In this document: positions 25,040-39,830 of the stretch, in pieces | Numbering within the stretch: position 1 is the stretch's first letter | Layout: each line of letters opens with the position of its first letter | NCBI GenBank assembly: GCA_052327205.1 | Contig: CM126202.1 | Span: 373,674,001-373,738,000 of the forward strand | DNA: 64,000 bases | Origin: Somniosus microcephalus | Taxonomy: Eukaryota | Direction of reading: 5' to 3' | Position numbers and translations under genes: made by a program | The notes under the pieces: generated by a model | What the model was told of the DNA's origin: nothing | Seen by the model: only the letters and a program-made list of their open reading frames with translations | Database searches by the model: none

Positions 25040-26370
25040 GCATCAAACAAGCTCAAAGTTTCCCATTCCTTGTTTAGCCTCCCAATATGCAGGACCTCAT
25101 ACTTCACAATCAAATTGCATCTGCCACCTGTTTGCTCATTTTGCTAACCTGCCTATGTCCTCCTGAATGGTTTTACACCCCCTCACTGTTTTTCAAACTC
25201 CCTACTTGTGTGTCATCACCAAATTTTTATATTATGCCCCCTATGCCCAAGTTGAAATCATCTATATAGATGAACAGATGGATAGAGGTATAAATACCTG
25301 TAGATAGACAAGCAGACCCAGCACCCTGAGGTACATCATTTCCAGCATGTCTCCAATGAGAGCAACATCCATTAACCATGATCTTTTCTTGTCTATGAAC
25401 CAACTTTCTATCCATGTCATGACATTTCCTCTTATACCACATGTCTGAATTTTTATAACAAGCCTCCAGTGAGACAACATATTGAACAATGTCTGAAAAT
25501 CCATAGATACCCAATCTACTGCATCCCCTTTATCTAAACAATTAATCATGTCTCCAAAAAAAGCTTTATTAAATTTGTCTTTAACAAATCCAAATTAGCT
25601 GTACCTAATTAACCCATCCATCATGAAATTCTCATTAATGTGATCTCAAATGATGAATTCTAGGGGTTTGTCCACAACTGACATTAAACTAACTGGCCAA
25701 TAGTCACAAAGTTTCTCCTCCTCTTCTTTCTTCAACAGAGGTGTTAGATTGGCTTCCCTCTCATCCCCTGGTATGATTTGCATATCAAAGGAGGATTGAA
25801 AAATTGTGGTTAGAGCCACTGCTATCTCCTGTCTTTGACTTTCCTCAATAGCCTAGGGTGCATACCATCAGGGCCTGGTGACTTATCCATAGTTCTGCTC
25901 TAAAACAGCGCCATTTTTTCTACAGTTATCTCTAACAATTGCCTCATATCCTCCTCGAGTACACCTACATTCTCTCTTTCATCGTGATTTATAAAAATGG
26001 GCACAACATATTTATTTCATATCTCCACAATTAGATATCTCCCTTCATCACTGGGCATTCCCCCCCCCTGCTTTAATTGTTCTTTTACCTTTAATATGGT
26101 TATTAAAGCACTTACTGTTTCCATTTATATTATTTGCTCACCTTTTTATATATACCCTTTTAACTGATTTATTCCGATTTCCCTTTTCACCTTCCCATTA
26201 CACTTTCTATATGCTTCGTACTTTGTTAAAGCCCTAACTTTATCATATGCCTTCCTATAAAGTTTCAGTATAGTTTTTATCTATTTATCCATAGAAGTCC
26301 ATCCTTTGATGCCTCCCGATTTTGCCTGACAGGAATGTCATATTTTTGTACTCTATCCATCGTATATTTG
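25040..26370 (-). mobile_element. Old degenerate CR1 ORF2 fragment
   Basis: LDKGDAVDWVSMDFQTLF...GIRGNVMTWIESW, NDVPQG and VKYEVLHIGRLN. Confidence 0.75.
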
Positions 26371-29300
26371 AAGATAAATGCTGCTAGTTGGGAGTCTCTT
26401 AAACTGTCTACACTGCTGAGCTACCCACTTTTCCTCCATCACTGCAAGACACCTTACTTTGACCACAACACGGTGGTTACACTCCAAAATCTCCTCCTTC
26501 GTTAAACCTCACTAATGCCAGATCTGACCTGGAAGGAACCATTTGCTTTGACTAACCTCCACAACTGTGTAATTCTGCATGAGATTTGTTTGGTTGATTT
26601 TTAACAACATCTTCAGTTAACTCGGCCTACTTTAAGAACTTTTCATTAATGTTCATTAACCTATATTTGGAGCATCACTAAACATGGAGAAATATGTCTG
26701 CACTTTCTAGCAACATTACACTACTTCAATTTAAAATAAAACTAGACAAGAATTATAATGAAAACAAATGACAGCTCTCTTATGCGGTCAACATTTTTTT
26801 TTTGTTCAAGGTGCTCATTATTTTAATAAAAGTTGGAAATCTGAAACTTTTTTTTGTAATATTCAATGAGTAGTAGTTTTGAAAGCCTTAATGCAATTCA
26901 TTATCAATGATCAAACCTCCTGCAGTATCAACACGGGGAAAAGAGTGTCCTATTATAACCAAAAAGTTAATGAACGCTTCTCAAAATCAGGTCACAGCTG
27001 AAGTGATCATTGTTAACAACTGGAATGAGTAATTATGATATAAAAAATGATTGTAGATGCATGGTAGAATCTAGCCTCAGGGAGGTAAAAAGCTATACCC
27101 TTGATTGTACTGCTATCCATTCATCATTTTTGCACAAAATCTGATCTGGCATCTGAACACTGTGAATAAAGTGCTTGCAAACTCTGAGGTGTTGTCGCTA
27201 AGTAAAGCATAATGTGTGGGTGAAATTTTCATAACCAATCCATTTAAACTGTGAAAAACACCCAGCCAGACGATAATAAATGTTGCCATTCCAAACTTGG
27301 ATTACATCTGTAAAAGGACATTTCAAGCTTTATACCACTGAGGTAAAGTACTGCTGGTCAAAGGCTGGCGGTAGTGACAGGTCATTAATTAAGAGTATCA
27401 CACAAGAAGCGTATTGCACAATATTAAAATATCAATTGTGCTCAATAGCGATTTTTCTCAAGGTGCATTGATACTAATATGTGAAATGCATCTGGTGGCA
27501 CTAGTTCTGAGATTAATTAAAAACTGAGATTTTTTAAAATGTCAATTGCTATAAGACCAACATTTAATGGGGGGGGAAAAAGGCAGAAAACCCTAGTTAC
27601 ACAAGAAGAACTGAAGTCTGCTGATTCAGAAATGAGTTAGATAGATACTTTAGCTGCCACTAAACTGTGAGTAAATTTATTCAGCAAATATAATGATTTG
27701 CAATACAAAATGCAATCATTTGTGTGAATGCCTTCTATTTACTTATGTTTCTTTCTTGGAGACCAACTTCAAGTTTAAGCATGTAGAAGACAATTTTGGA
27801 AGTGAGTCTTGCACTTGCAAAGGGGTCATCAACACGGTGACAAAATGCAGTCAAGAAGAAAGAAGAAAGGGATATGACATTACAGTTCGACAGAAAAGGT
27901 GCAACGTAACATATGTACTGCCACATGGGATTTTGAACTAGCTGTGCCTGGTGTACCTTTTTTGCTTGACATGTAATGTGCTGTGCGCACTGGTGACAGC
28001 TGTTTTGTTGGAAAGAGGCTTCGGGGCGACAGTGACTTTTAAATTCACAGTGAGTGCTATTTTTGTTACCAGCTTTGCCATTCCAGGAAGAAGACCTACT
28101 GTAATCTTTCAAGTCTACCACAGCATACTGCTTGTACCTGGAGGCACCTGCTCGAAAAATTAGAAAGTCTCCTTGTTAAAGTACCTCAGCAGTTAAACTT
28201 CATGTGATTCTTGACTAACTATTCCTTTAAGTTTTTTGCTTAACTGTAGAGCCCTAAATGCTCAGTTCTGCATTCAACTTCATGGAACTTTTAAACCCTG
28301 ATGTTTTATAAAGTGTGCTGGGGTCGTGGTACTCAAATGGAGACCCGGTATCTCTTTGCACCACTGTCTATTGTTTACTTTCCTTACCGATGCTGTTTCT
28401 AGATTCCCATTTTTTAAAGGGAGGGAATCTTGCTCCACACTACTAGTTTTAACGGGTGACCCGACAAAGCTTGTGAGACCCACAAAAATGCCAAGCCTCC
28501 AGAAGTTTGGTCATTTATATTAAAGAACGCCAATGACTGCAGGTGTACTGTGCATCCGTACAGTGCTCCGTTAATGTAAAACCACCTGTTTCAACATGAA
28601 TAATTGCTTCTCCTTCTCACGTTTTTTCTCTCATGCACAAATAGCTGCCACACATCCACATCTTTACCAGCTGGGAGGGTGGAACGGATTACAAATTCCT
28701 CTATGGTTTTATGGCTTAGCCAGTTGGAAGACCACCTGCAGCTGGGTAAATCAATCAACATATCAGTTATTCTCTGGGATGAGAAGCCTCATCCTTTACT
28801 GTGAACCCACAAAGCCACATCATGCGCCTGTTACACCCTGCAACAATTTAACCCGGTAATGGAGAATGTCCATTTTAAATAGCAAAATCAGGCAAATGGA
28901 TTTTTTTTTTGTTCTATTGGTTCACTTTGCAAATCTAAACTATTGAATAATGGTGATCAGATCTGTACAAATCTGTTGTTAAGTGAAGTGTTTGGAAGGG
29001 GCAGATGGGCTCGAGAGTTATTGCTGAAGCTCGAAAATCACAGATGGCATGAATAAAACAAGCACTTTTACTAACTCAGATCACTGAAAGATTATTAAAG
29101 GGACTGCACCATCATAAACAGTGTTGTCACTGAGTTTATTTAATGAGTAGCAAAAAAAAATGCACAATGCATTTTAAAATTGTGCTAATATGCTTTTTGT
29201 GCGATACAGTTAATTCATTGCCTTGGATTACCCTCTTCATTATCACCACCAGTGACAGGCCTCCTGTAACCATCAATACTTCAGCCCAGTGTTATTAAGC

Positions 29301-29426
29301 TCAAAATGCTTTCTCCAGATACAAGTCAGGTTTGAAAGGACAGAACGTGTAACTGTATTGCCAGATGTTTTCAGTGGGCATCATATGAACTTCTCATATG
29401 CATACCATTGTGCTTTCCTCAAATCA

Positions 29427-29837
29427 TAGAAACATAGAAGATAGGAGCAGGAGTAGGCCATTCGGCCCCTTGAGCCTGCTCCGCCATTTAATGAGATCAT
29501 GGCTGATCATCCAAATTCAGTACCCTGTCCCTGCTTTCTCCCCATATCCCTTGATCCCTTTAGCCTTAAGAAATATATCTAACTCCTTCTTGAATATATT
29601 TAATGAATTGACATCAACTGCCTTTTGTGGTAGAGAATTTCACAGGTTCACCACTCTCCGGGTGAAGAAATTCTTCCTTATCTCGGTCCTAAATGGCTTA
29701 CCCCTTATCTTTAGACTGTGACCCCTGGTTCTGGACTCCCCTGCCATTGGGAACATCCTTCCTGCATCTAGTCTGTCTAGTCCTGTTAGAATTTTATAAG
29801 TTTCAATGAGATCCCCTCTCATTCTTCTAAACTCCAG
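29427..29837 (-). mobile_element. 5'-truncated CR1 (family A) with a TSD
   Basis: Reverse complement of 12142-12553. CAAATC is duplicated at both ends. Confidence 0.92.
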
Positions 29838-32629
29838 CAAATCCTGTTGCCAACACTGATAAAATAATGGTTTCTAAGATAATCACTCCCATCTATAAAT
29901 ATGTTTTTCTCCTTTGTGTCTCTAAGTCATGCACAGTTTTCCAGTGAGACTTGATAGGGGACTTATGTTAATGTCCATTGTATTGGAAAATGGGCAGAGT
30001 TAACTCACCCACTTATTTTCCAGATGGTCCAAAATAAGATCAACTGTTCACCAGTTAGGGAATTGTAAGTGTGATTTGACAATTCACCTTTCTATATTGA
30101 GGAATGATGGTACAACACATTTCATCAATGGAGCATCCTCCTCTTGCAAGTTTCCATTTCCCAAATGTTCTGTCTACCTCATCAAAAAGTTTTGATTCAC
30201 AAAGGGGGACTATTGCATCAGCACCAGTCCTGCACCTCAACCAACTGATCATTTGTCACGTACAAGCCTGAACAGCGAGTGGGGGTGGGCTTTTCGTCAG
30301 TGCAAACATCACAGCTTAACCTGAACCTGTTCACGCCTGATATTCAGATATGTGCACTTTCAGTAGGAATTACAATCCAATGCAAGAACTTGTTCTGACT
30401 TTCCCTCTCCCCAGCCTAGGGGTATTTATCTAAATTGTAGAGCCTCCACCATTGCCATGGATAAGATCAACTAAAGACGCTTTTATACTGTGCTAGTGCC
30501 ACCAGCTCCAAACACACAGGTCTCGTGCACCAGGTGGCTGTACCCAAGATGAAGTTGCTAGATTCACTAAGCTTGCTGACCTGGAAGATTTGGTCATTAC
30601 TGGGTCTTCCAGGCTGTCAGCTTTAAGTGAATCGAGGTTGCTGTTGGCTACGGTGAGCTATGTGTGGGGAGCAGATGACACTGGAGCGATGTAGAAGTGA
30701 CTTAACTCAGCACCACCCAGGAATCAAAGCTTAAACCTTCATGGACTGCATGGTTCATTACCAAATCAGATGGTGCATTCAGTCTCTGAGCCACTGGGAA
30801 AGGCCTTTGATTGTTCAATTTAGGCTTGAATCCCCATCCCTGCTTATTTCAATTTATTTCTTGATTGTTTCGTGTTCTAAAGCAAAAATTCATTATTAGA
30901 TTTTAATTACAATGAAAGGAAATATAGAATGAAACACGAGAGGGACTGTGTTACCAGGTGGTAACAGACTCAAGAGGTCCTGATGGCATTTCTGTGAATA
31001 TAATTCAGTTTGTAACACTGTCCCACTTCATTTTATTTTACACAATAGCTTAACTATATTTAGTTCATTAAGGCACACAGACACACCTTTTATCATGGTT
31101 TGTAATGTTGATGATACTGATTCAATGTATTGAGACTGACCCTACATATTTATTGAAGCAGTGAATGTGCATATCACATGACAGGATGAGGCGATATTGA
31201 AGAGTGCAGGTTTACGTACTCTAGGTAATAGGGAGGCCAAATACAACAAAGAGATCTTATTTGGAAATAATGCTTGGAAAACACTAAACATAAATAGTGG
31301 AAGAATATAGATAAATATTATATTTTCAAAAAAATTAATGAAACTATATACATGTTTTGATCAGTGATGTCACTGCAGTGGAATGGGACATCCCCCCGCC
31401 CCCCCCATAAGTGTACCTAGCATCAGTATTGTCCATACCAGTGAGATGCAACTTGGACTAGATGAAAGTCATATCTCTGCAGTGCCAAAAAACATGCCTT
31501 AACCCCAGGGTCAGAAAAGCAGACTATGCTGTACCAGTGTGGCATTTCCACTTCTCACACCAGCTTTCTTCAAGGCTTCTCGGTGTGGGACTGACAGCTT
31601 AGTGCAAATTTGTGTGAATGTGGGTAGTTTTGTGCTCTGGACTCCTCAATAAGTCCCCTCCTCCCAGTCAGTTAAGGGTAAGTGAGTGGGCAAACCTGTT
31701 TCATATAAGGATCCGTGCAGCTGGCAAACTTTCATTCCATCACTCTGGGCTGAATATGAGCCCACCTCCCAGAGGTGAAAGGACAGTGTGCTCACCCATT
31801 GCATCATTCAGTCCCTCATAAAAGATTCAGCAGAAGAAAAACGACTCTGTGGCATACAGTATTTTGAGCTGTGCTACTGCATATATCCAGCACAGCAGCA
31901 GACAAATGGGAAAGTAGTGTGAGCTTTTCAGAAAAATGGAGAGCTCACATTAGCCCAACAGCTAACTGCACAATGTCTTAGAAACATAAGAGAATCTCAA
32001 TATTGGAAGAAACTTTGGCATAGTATTTCCACCTCCTTCCATTAATTCTTCCAATGGATCTAAGCCTAGTTCGGTGGTGTGTCTCCTTGGGCAGATTTTG
32101 AAGTGGGTCTGTGGAAGTGCTCTCAGAGCATAACCATGAGTAGCCGCATCACTCTCAACCAAAATCATACAGCATTAAAAAGGAATTTCAGACTTCAGTA
32201 GGAAGTCCCAACATGCTGGAGATGTGCCCCAAACATGGGCGGGGCTGGGGGGAGGGGGAGCTTAATCCTATAGGTTTATTGAAGGAGTTGTATCCAATGA
32301 TGTGGCTCTCTTCAAAATACTTGCCCTTACCACCTCCTTGATAAACTTTTCCAATAACCAATAATTGACAGAAATGTGTCAAGGACTTTTGGATAACATT
32401 AAGGGGAAACAAATTTTCCCCTCACTATACCACTATATGATGGAACAATACAGAAAATTGATAAATTGTCCCATTATATGACCAGAAAAATTACTTTCTT
32501 AAACCTACCAACCAGCCCAGACATTTGGGGGTTGGGGGGAAGAGTTTTGGGCCCAACATCATCAGTTTGAAATAACAACAGAAAATGCTGGAAAAACTCA
32601 GCAAGTCAGGCAACATCAGTTTGAAAGCT

Positions 32630-34259
32630 GGGCTATTTTAATTCCTGGGCCTCATATGCATCCCGCCGGCCAGCTGCCCACCCGAATGGGCAGAGTCAGC
32701 TGGCTGGCATCAGGCAGGTCAAAATCACAGGGACGCAAGGCCACTTGCCGGCACCAAGGTAAGTCATGGGGAGAAGATTGGCGGGTGGGAAGGGGAGGTG
32801 TCCAGCAGCAAAGGCTCAGATATTGCTTATGGGGCCCAGAGGATCACTCCTGCCTTCCTGGCCTCAGTAAGAAAAGTTTTTGATTGACCTTAGAGGGCCT
32901 CTCCTCTTCTTCCACACCCGGTTTTACTGAACGGAGCGCCTACCGTAGGCACCACACTCAGTGAGCCATTATAATGTAATTGAAACAAGAGTCGGCCATT
33001 CAGCCCCTCAAGTCTGTTCAACCCCTCAAGTCTGTTCTGCCATTCAACTAGATCATGGCTGATCTGTACCTCAACTCCATTAACCCGCCTTTGATCCTTT
33101 CGCTTGATATCCTTAACCTACCAAAATTCTATCGCTCTCAGTCTTGAAAACATCAATTGACCCAGCATCTATAGCCTTTTGGGGAGTGTGTTCCAGATTT
33201 CCATGGCTCTTTGTGTGAAAATGTGTTCCCTGATTTTAATCCTAACTTTAATTTTAAGATTATGCCCCCTTGTTCTGGGTTCCCCCACCATAGGAAATAG
33301 AGGGTCACCCCTCAACATGGTAAACCCAAAGGAATACAAACCAAGTTTATGCAATCTGTCCTCATAATTTAATCCTTGAAGCTGTGGTATCATTCTGGTG
33401 AATCTTCGCTGTACCCCTTCCAAGGCTAATATATCTTTCCTGTGGTTTGGTGCCCAGTACTGCAGATGGGGTCTGACCAAGACAACTGTACAACTGAAGA
33501 ATCACATCCTCACTTTATAATTCCAGGCCCCTTGAGATAAAGGTCAATATTCCGTTAGCCTTTTTGGTTACATTTGTACCTGTGCACTGGCTTTTAGTGA
33601 TCTGTGTACATGCCACAGCTTCTAATCTCTCATCATTGAGAAAATATTCTGATTTGTCTTTCTTGGATCCAAAGTGGATGAGCTCACACTTTGCCACATT
33701 GAACTCTATCTGCCCACTTAATTAGTCTGTCTATGTCCCTTCTTAACTTGCTGCTCCCATCCACACAATTCACTGTGCCTCCTAACTTAGAGTCATCTGC
33801 AAACTTGGATATACAACTCTCAATTCCTCTATCTTTCTGCTCTTTCATCCAAGTCATTAATATATATGGTGAAAAGATGAGGCCCCAGTACAGATCGCTA
33901 GGGAACACCACTCGTCACATTTTGTCTTTCAGAGAACGAACCTTTTATCTCTATTCTCAGACTTCTACCTTCCAACCTATTTCAAGGATACCTCCAGTTC
34001 CATGTTCTCTTATTTTTGCTAATAATCTCTTGTGTTGAACCTCATTGGGGTCCTAACAACATCATAGGACCCTGATTTGGATATACTAATGAGGATTCCG
34101 CCCGAGTCAGGCAGGCATCTTGGCCACCTAAAGAAAGGGATCCGGTTAAGGTGACAGCGAGCTATAATCAAGCATGAGTAGGACAGCAAGTCTTTGCACA
34201 GCCATTTTTACTGCCCAGCCACCCCATTCTCGCTGGGCATGGTGGGTTAAAATTCCCCC
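32630..34259. mobile_element. Degenerate non-autonomous TIR element interrupted by CR1
   Basis: Ends GGGCTATTTTAA ... TTAAAATTCCCCC with GC-rich subterminal blocks. Confidence 0.45.
32985..34040 (-). mobile_element. Truncated, internally deleted CR1 LINE
   Basis: ISKFADDSKLGG, KCELIHFG, VRPHLQY...RRFTRMIP and RTRGHNLKI. Confidence 0.88.
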
Positions 34260-36680
34260 TAGGAAACAATACAGATGTATCAGGCATGCCCAGGCCACTG
34301 CCCCTGCTCCACACACACACCCACAAACTAAGGAAATGTTTTTTTTTTGATGCATGGGCATTCTTCAGAACAACTATCAGGGGAAGAGACAAATTGGACA
34401 CACAGCCACAAAAATCAGATGGATGAGAAACCCAAAATCAATAGCAATAAAATCCCCAAACTTACGACTCCATTCCAGCTATTAACATCAGCAGTAGCAC
34501 AGAAACAATCAAACCCTTTTCATGCCAATGTGATGTTGCAAATGTGCAAAATGGACCCAAAAAAAAGCCCTGTAAACACTGGCATAATGCTCTTAGATTT
34601 AAAGGCATAATGCTCTTAGTTTTAAAGGAATAGTCCAATCAAATCATCCAAATTGAATCAAACTTTGAATGTTACAAATTCACCCAGATCAGCTTAATTC
34701 AAAATTATTACATGTTTATTTTGAGCTCATAGTAATAGAAACTGAAATAAAAGTTGTCCTGCCTCAGCATTTCTTCATGGCCAATGCTTTTTGGATCTGC
34801 AGCTATATGGCAGCTAATGACCTGGGACCTGTATTTCTGACTGGGATGCGCAGACAGCAGGGCCTTGGTTTAGTACACATTGACCAGCAGCAAGGTGCAG
34901 TAACAATAGAGTGTGCGTTTCAACACATCTGCAAAGCTCCACCTTCTCGGTATCTAATTTCTAACGACAGGACAGAGTTGCAGGATCAACTTCTTCTTCC
35001 GAAAATGAAAAACATTCCACATACAAATCAAAATAGTTTCTAAAGTCTGCATCAAAGCACTTCTGAAATGCAGTTTTGCACTGGATTGGAGTTATACTGC
35101 AGCTAGTGTAAAGTTTAAAAGATGGAGGAAAGCCCCCCTGTAGAGGCCTCACACTGCTTGCTTGAGTGCACCTAGAAGTCGGATGAGCACCTGACACCCA
35201 AGTTATGGCACTGCTTTTTGCATTGATGCATAGCCAAAATGCATGAAATTGACACCAATCTCGCTAAAGGTGCACCCTTAATCAGCAAGACTTCCATTAC
35301 CTTTAACAGAAATAGTTACGAATATACTTGGGTGACACTGATTTCATTTGGTTTATGAGCACAGTAAACTATTACCTGTAAAACAAATGACACAACATAA
35401 ACTTGTACTGAAACACAAAGCATGTTGATCCCCAGTACAATACAGTGTGCAAATGGTTCAGCTCTGAGCACTGAGCTCATTAATTCAAAAGTCCTAATAA
35501 CTTGTGAGGGAAACTTGCTCTCAAGATCAGTAGAACTGCAGGATGGGGAAAGTTCTGTGAGACAGATGATCAAAAACTTGGTGATCGATTCACCCCACAC
35601 CTGACAGATTGGTGTATTTCTCCAATCAATGTGTTGCAAGGCTCCAGCAATTTTACTCCAGGGATTTATTTTAAGGTTAACACTTTTGGCTAACAAAAAA
35701 AAAAGCACTCAAGCCATTTGGGAATTGAACTGCAAAGGACAACTCGATTGCAACTGCAACACAATTGCCATTCAGCAACAGAATGGGGAACCTTCAGAGT
35801 ATATGAATACTAAAGGGAGATTTTGTTCCTGGCATTTATAACTGATTCATTGGTGTAATAGAGAGGCTACAGTCCCCCATTCAGCAGCCTCTCGAGACCA
35901 GAATCTTCACCCAGCTGAAATACTTCTTAATAACATTTCTTCTGACTCGTACTTCTAGCAATGATTAGCTCTATTATTAGAATCGGGTCCTGTCCAAGCT
36001 AAAGGTACAATGATTAATGGAAAATGTTATACATAATTTCTCCTGATTCAAAAGGCCCACATCACAGCTTTGTGATAATTTGATAGAACATTTAAATATA
36101 GATCCCAATGATGATTTGATTAATGGAATAATAATTGCACTCTTTGTACACATTTATCACTTGCTGTAATATTCACCATTTTAAAATATAATGGAAAGAC
36201 ATCAAATATTTAAGTATAAAATCACAAAACTGGCAGAGGACAAAAGAAGCCAATTTCTGTGGAAGCTGCAACATTTATCGAGGCTGTAATAGCTTCTCAT
36301 GTTAATGCTGGTACATCTGCAGTGGAATTCCATTATAGGCAATTAGTTGGAATAGACGCACGAAATTGCTCTTTTGATGGAAATAATGGAATTCTCCCCA
36401 TTGCGCCAACACCCACACCCCAAATAATCTTTAGGCAACTTAACTGCAAATTAAATCAAATCCCCCAAAAATCACACGAGCAGGTTAGCAGAAGCTTGCA
36501 AGGACAGTCCATACACACCAAGATATCCCATTGCATGAAAATCTGTCTTTTTTAGTTAGAAGCTTCTTAATTCACCAACAAATTGTCAATAGATAGAAAA
36601 AATACAAGTTGCTTACATCAAAAATTACATTTTTTTCGTGATCGTTTGAAATCCTTTTGCACATGCACTGAGGTTGACTC

Positions 36681-36825
36681 TTAACTGCCCTCTAAAGTAG
36701 CCACTCAGTTGTATCAAACTGCTTCAGCAAGTTCAATCAAGAAGGTGGCCCACCACCACCTTCTCAGGGTAACTAGGCATGGGCAAAAAATACCAGCCTT
36801 GCTAGCGACGCCCACATCCCGAGAA
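36681..36825 (+). mobile_element. CR1 family B 3' end, followed by poly-T (36826-36844)
   Basis: CCACCACCACCTTCTCAGGGTAACTAGG...GACGCCCACATCCC. Confidence 0.75.
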
Positions 36826-37104
36826 TTTTTTTTTTTTTTTTTTTAATTCCAATCTCTTTCAGATGCATGCGTGGCCAAGATTACAGCCGGGCAAATGCCC
36901 AGAAGCTTTATCACTGACATTATAGCCCACTAGAAATTACACAAGATCAGTGCAGGTACAACTCTCCATCTAATTTTCTTCTTTCCTATCGATAGTGCTG
37001 TATTTCTTTTCTAGAGCATGCACATTTTCCACGGAACATCTGCAGATCCTCAAAATTAGGGGCGGGGCAGCTGATGATTTGTATATTTGCAGTTATGTTC
37101 TTTA

Positions 37105-37243
37105 GATTTTTGAATACTAAGGGAATCAAGGGATATGGGGATAGTGCAGGAACGTGGAATTGAGCTGGGAGATTAGCCACTTTTATTGAATGGCGGAGCA
37201 GGCTCGAAGGGCCGAATGGCCTACTGTTCTATTTCTTATGTTC
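37105..37243 (+). mobile_element. Short CR1 3' tail
   Basis: GGAATCAAGGGATATGGG...GAATGGCGGAGCAGGCTCGAAGGGCCGAATGGCCTACT...TTCTTATGTTCT. Confidence 0.8.
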
Positions 37244-37694
37244 TAAAAGATTCCAAAAAATATATTAAAATGTTCTTATTCAAATCACTGGATCCACCAG
37301 CTGTGCGAAGCTTCAGGGACTTGCAGCGAAAATGTCCTTTGTGAAAAACATACAGCCCTTTTTCTCTGTAGCTCCCCACAGACCACACTTAACATGGGAG
37401 CTCAGCAGCTAGTGGGTGGGGAGGGAGAAGGGGGAAGAGAGAATTAAACACCCTGCTGCCTTGGAGCAAGATATTGATAGTTCAAAGACTGACACCTCTG
37501 CTGCTTTTCAGTAGCTTCTTACTTTATATTTTGCCCATTTTCTTAATCTTCTTCCCTTCCTTTACCGAAGCAGTTCGCCCCGAGGTAGACATAGTTCTAC
37601 AGGTACCCTCAGCACTGGTTGTTGGTATTGCTTGACCCCAAATCGGTTAATGTCATGGAAAACCATTGGGGAAACCTCAGCAACTTGTTTAGAT

Positions 37695-39830
37695 CAGATT
37701 TGGCTAGGATGGATTGGGGAACGTTACTTATAGGGTTGATGGTGGATAGGCAATGGCAAACATTTAAAGATCGCATGGATGAACTACAGAATTTTTTCAT
37801 CCCTGTTTGGCATAAAAATAAAAAAAAGTTGACTCAACCGTGGCTAACAAGGGAAATTAGGGATAGCATAAGATCCAAGGAGAGGACATATAATTTGGCC
37901 AGAAAAAGCAGTAAACCTCAGGATTAGGAGCAGTATAAGATTCAGCAAAGGAGGACAAAGGGATTAATTAAGAGGGGGGAAATAGATTACGAGAGTAAGC
38001 TTGCAGGGAATATAAAAACAGACTGTAAAAGCTTTGTGAAGAGAAAAAGATTGGTGAAGTCAAGCGTAGATCACTTGCAGTCAGAATCAGGGGAATTTAA
38101 AATGGGGAACAAAGACATGGCAGACCAATTAAATACATATGTTGGTTCTGTCTTCACAAAGGAGGACACAAATAACCTCCCAGAGATGTCGGGGAACATA
38201 GGGTCTAATGAGAGCGAGGACCTGAAATAAATCAGTATTTGTAGGGAAATGGTGTTAGGGAAATTGACGGGATTGAAGGCCGATAAATCCCCAGGGCCTG
38301 ATAATCTACATCCTAGGGTAATTATTAAGGAAGTGGCCCTAGAAATAGTAGATGCATTGCTGGTCATCTTCCAAAATTTTATAGACTCTGGAACAGTTCC
38401 CATGGATTGGAGGATAGCTAATGTAACCCCACTATTTTAAAAAGGTGGTAGAGAGTGGGGAAAATGCTAGAGTCTATTATAAAAGATGTAATAGCAGAGC
38501 ACTTGGAAAACAGTGACAGGATCGGACAAAGTCAACACGGATTTACAAAAGGTAAATCATGCTTGACTAATCTACTGGACTTTTTTGAGGATGTAACTGG
38601 TAGAATAGATAAGGGAGAACCAGTGGATGTGGTGTATTTGGACTTTCAGAAGGCTTTCGATAAGGTCCCACATAAGAGGTTAGCTTGCAAAGTTAAAGCA
38701 CATGGGATTGGGGCTAAGGTACTGTCTTGGATAGAGAACTGCTTGGCAGACAGGAAGCAAAGAGTTGGAATAAACGGGTCTTTTTCCAAGTGGCAGGTAG
38801 TGACTAGTGAGGTACCGCAGGGATCGGTGCTCGGACCCCAGCTATTCACAATATATATATATATATATAAATGATCTAGACAAGGGAACTAGATGTAATA
38901 TCTCCAAGTTTGCAGACAACACAAAGCTGGGTGGGCATGTGTGCAGTGAGAGGATGCAGAGAAACTCCAGTATGATTTGGACAGGTTGGGTGATTATACT
39001 GCATTTGCCATGCATCTGCCCAATGTGGATAAATGTGAGGTTATCCACTTCGGTGGCAAAAACAGGATGACAGATTATTATCTGAACTGCAATAGATTGG
39101 GAAAAGGGGAAGTGCAATGAGACCTGGTTGTCCTTGTGCACCAGTCGCTGAAGGTAAGCATGCAGGTGCAGCAGGTGGTTAAGAAGGCAAATGGTATGTT
39201 GGCCTTCAAAGTGAGAGGATTCGAGTACAGGAGCAAGGATGTCTTGCTGCAGTTGTACAGGGCCTTAGCGAGACCACACCTTGAGTATTGTGTGCAGTTT
39301 TGGTCACCTTATCTGAGGAAGGATGTTCTTGCCACGGAGAGAGTGCAGCGAAGATTCACCAGACTGATACCTGGGATGGCAGGAATGACATACGAGGAGA
39401 GATTGGGTCGATCAGGCTTATATTCCCTAGAGTTTAGAAGAATGAGAAGGGATCTCATTGAAACTTATAAAATTCTAACAGGACTAGACAGACTAGATGC
39501 AGGAAGGATGTTCCCAATGGCGGGTGAGTCCAGAACCAGGGGTCACAGTCTAAGGATAAGGGGTAAGCCATTTAGGATTGAGATGAGGAGGAATTTCTTC
39601 ACCCAGAGAGTGGTGAACCTGTGGAATTCTCTACCACACAAGGCAGTTGAGGCCAATTCATTAAAGATATTCAAGAAGGAGTTAGATATATTTCTTAGGG
39701 CTAAAGGGATCAAGGGATATGGGGAGAAAGCAGGGACAGGGTTCTGAATTTGAATGATCAGCCATGATCTCATTAAATGGCAAAACAGGCTTGAGGGGCT
39801 GAATGGCCTACTCCTGCTCCTATCTTCTAT
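37695..39830 (+). mobile_element. 5'-truncated CR1 (family A), about 2.1 kb, with a disrupted RT
   Basis: KSPGPDNLHPRV, QHGFTKGKSCLTNL, YLDFQKAFDKVPH and VPQGSVLGP. Has stops, a deletion at ~38454 and a (TA)n expansion at 38852-38868. Confidence 0.95.

Noticed and set aside
27735-28121. 128-aa minus-strand ORF
   Set aside because: No recognisable homology or convincing splice context.
34581-34626. 23-bp tandem duplication GGCATAATGCTCTTAG(A/T)TTTAAA
   Set aside because: Two adjacent units with no spacer; ordinary slippage, not CRISPR-like.
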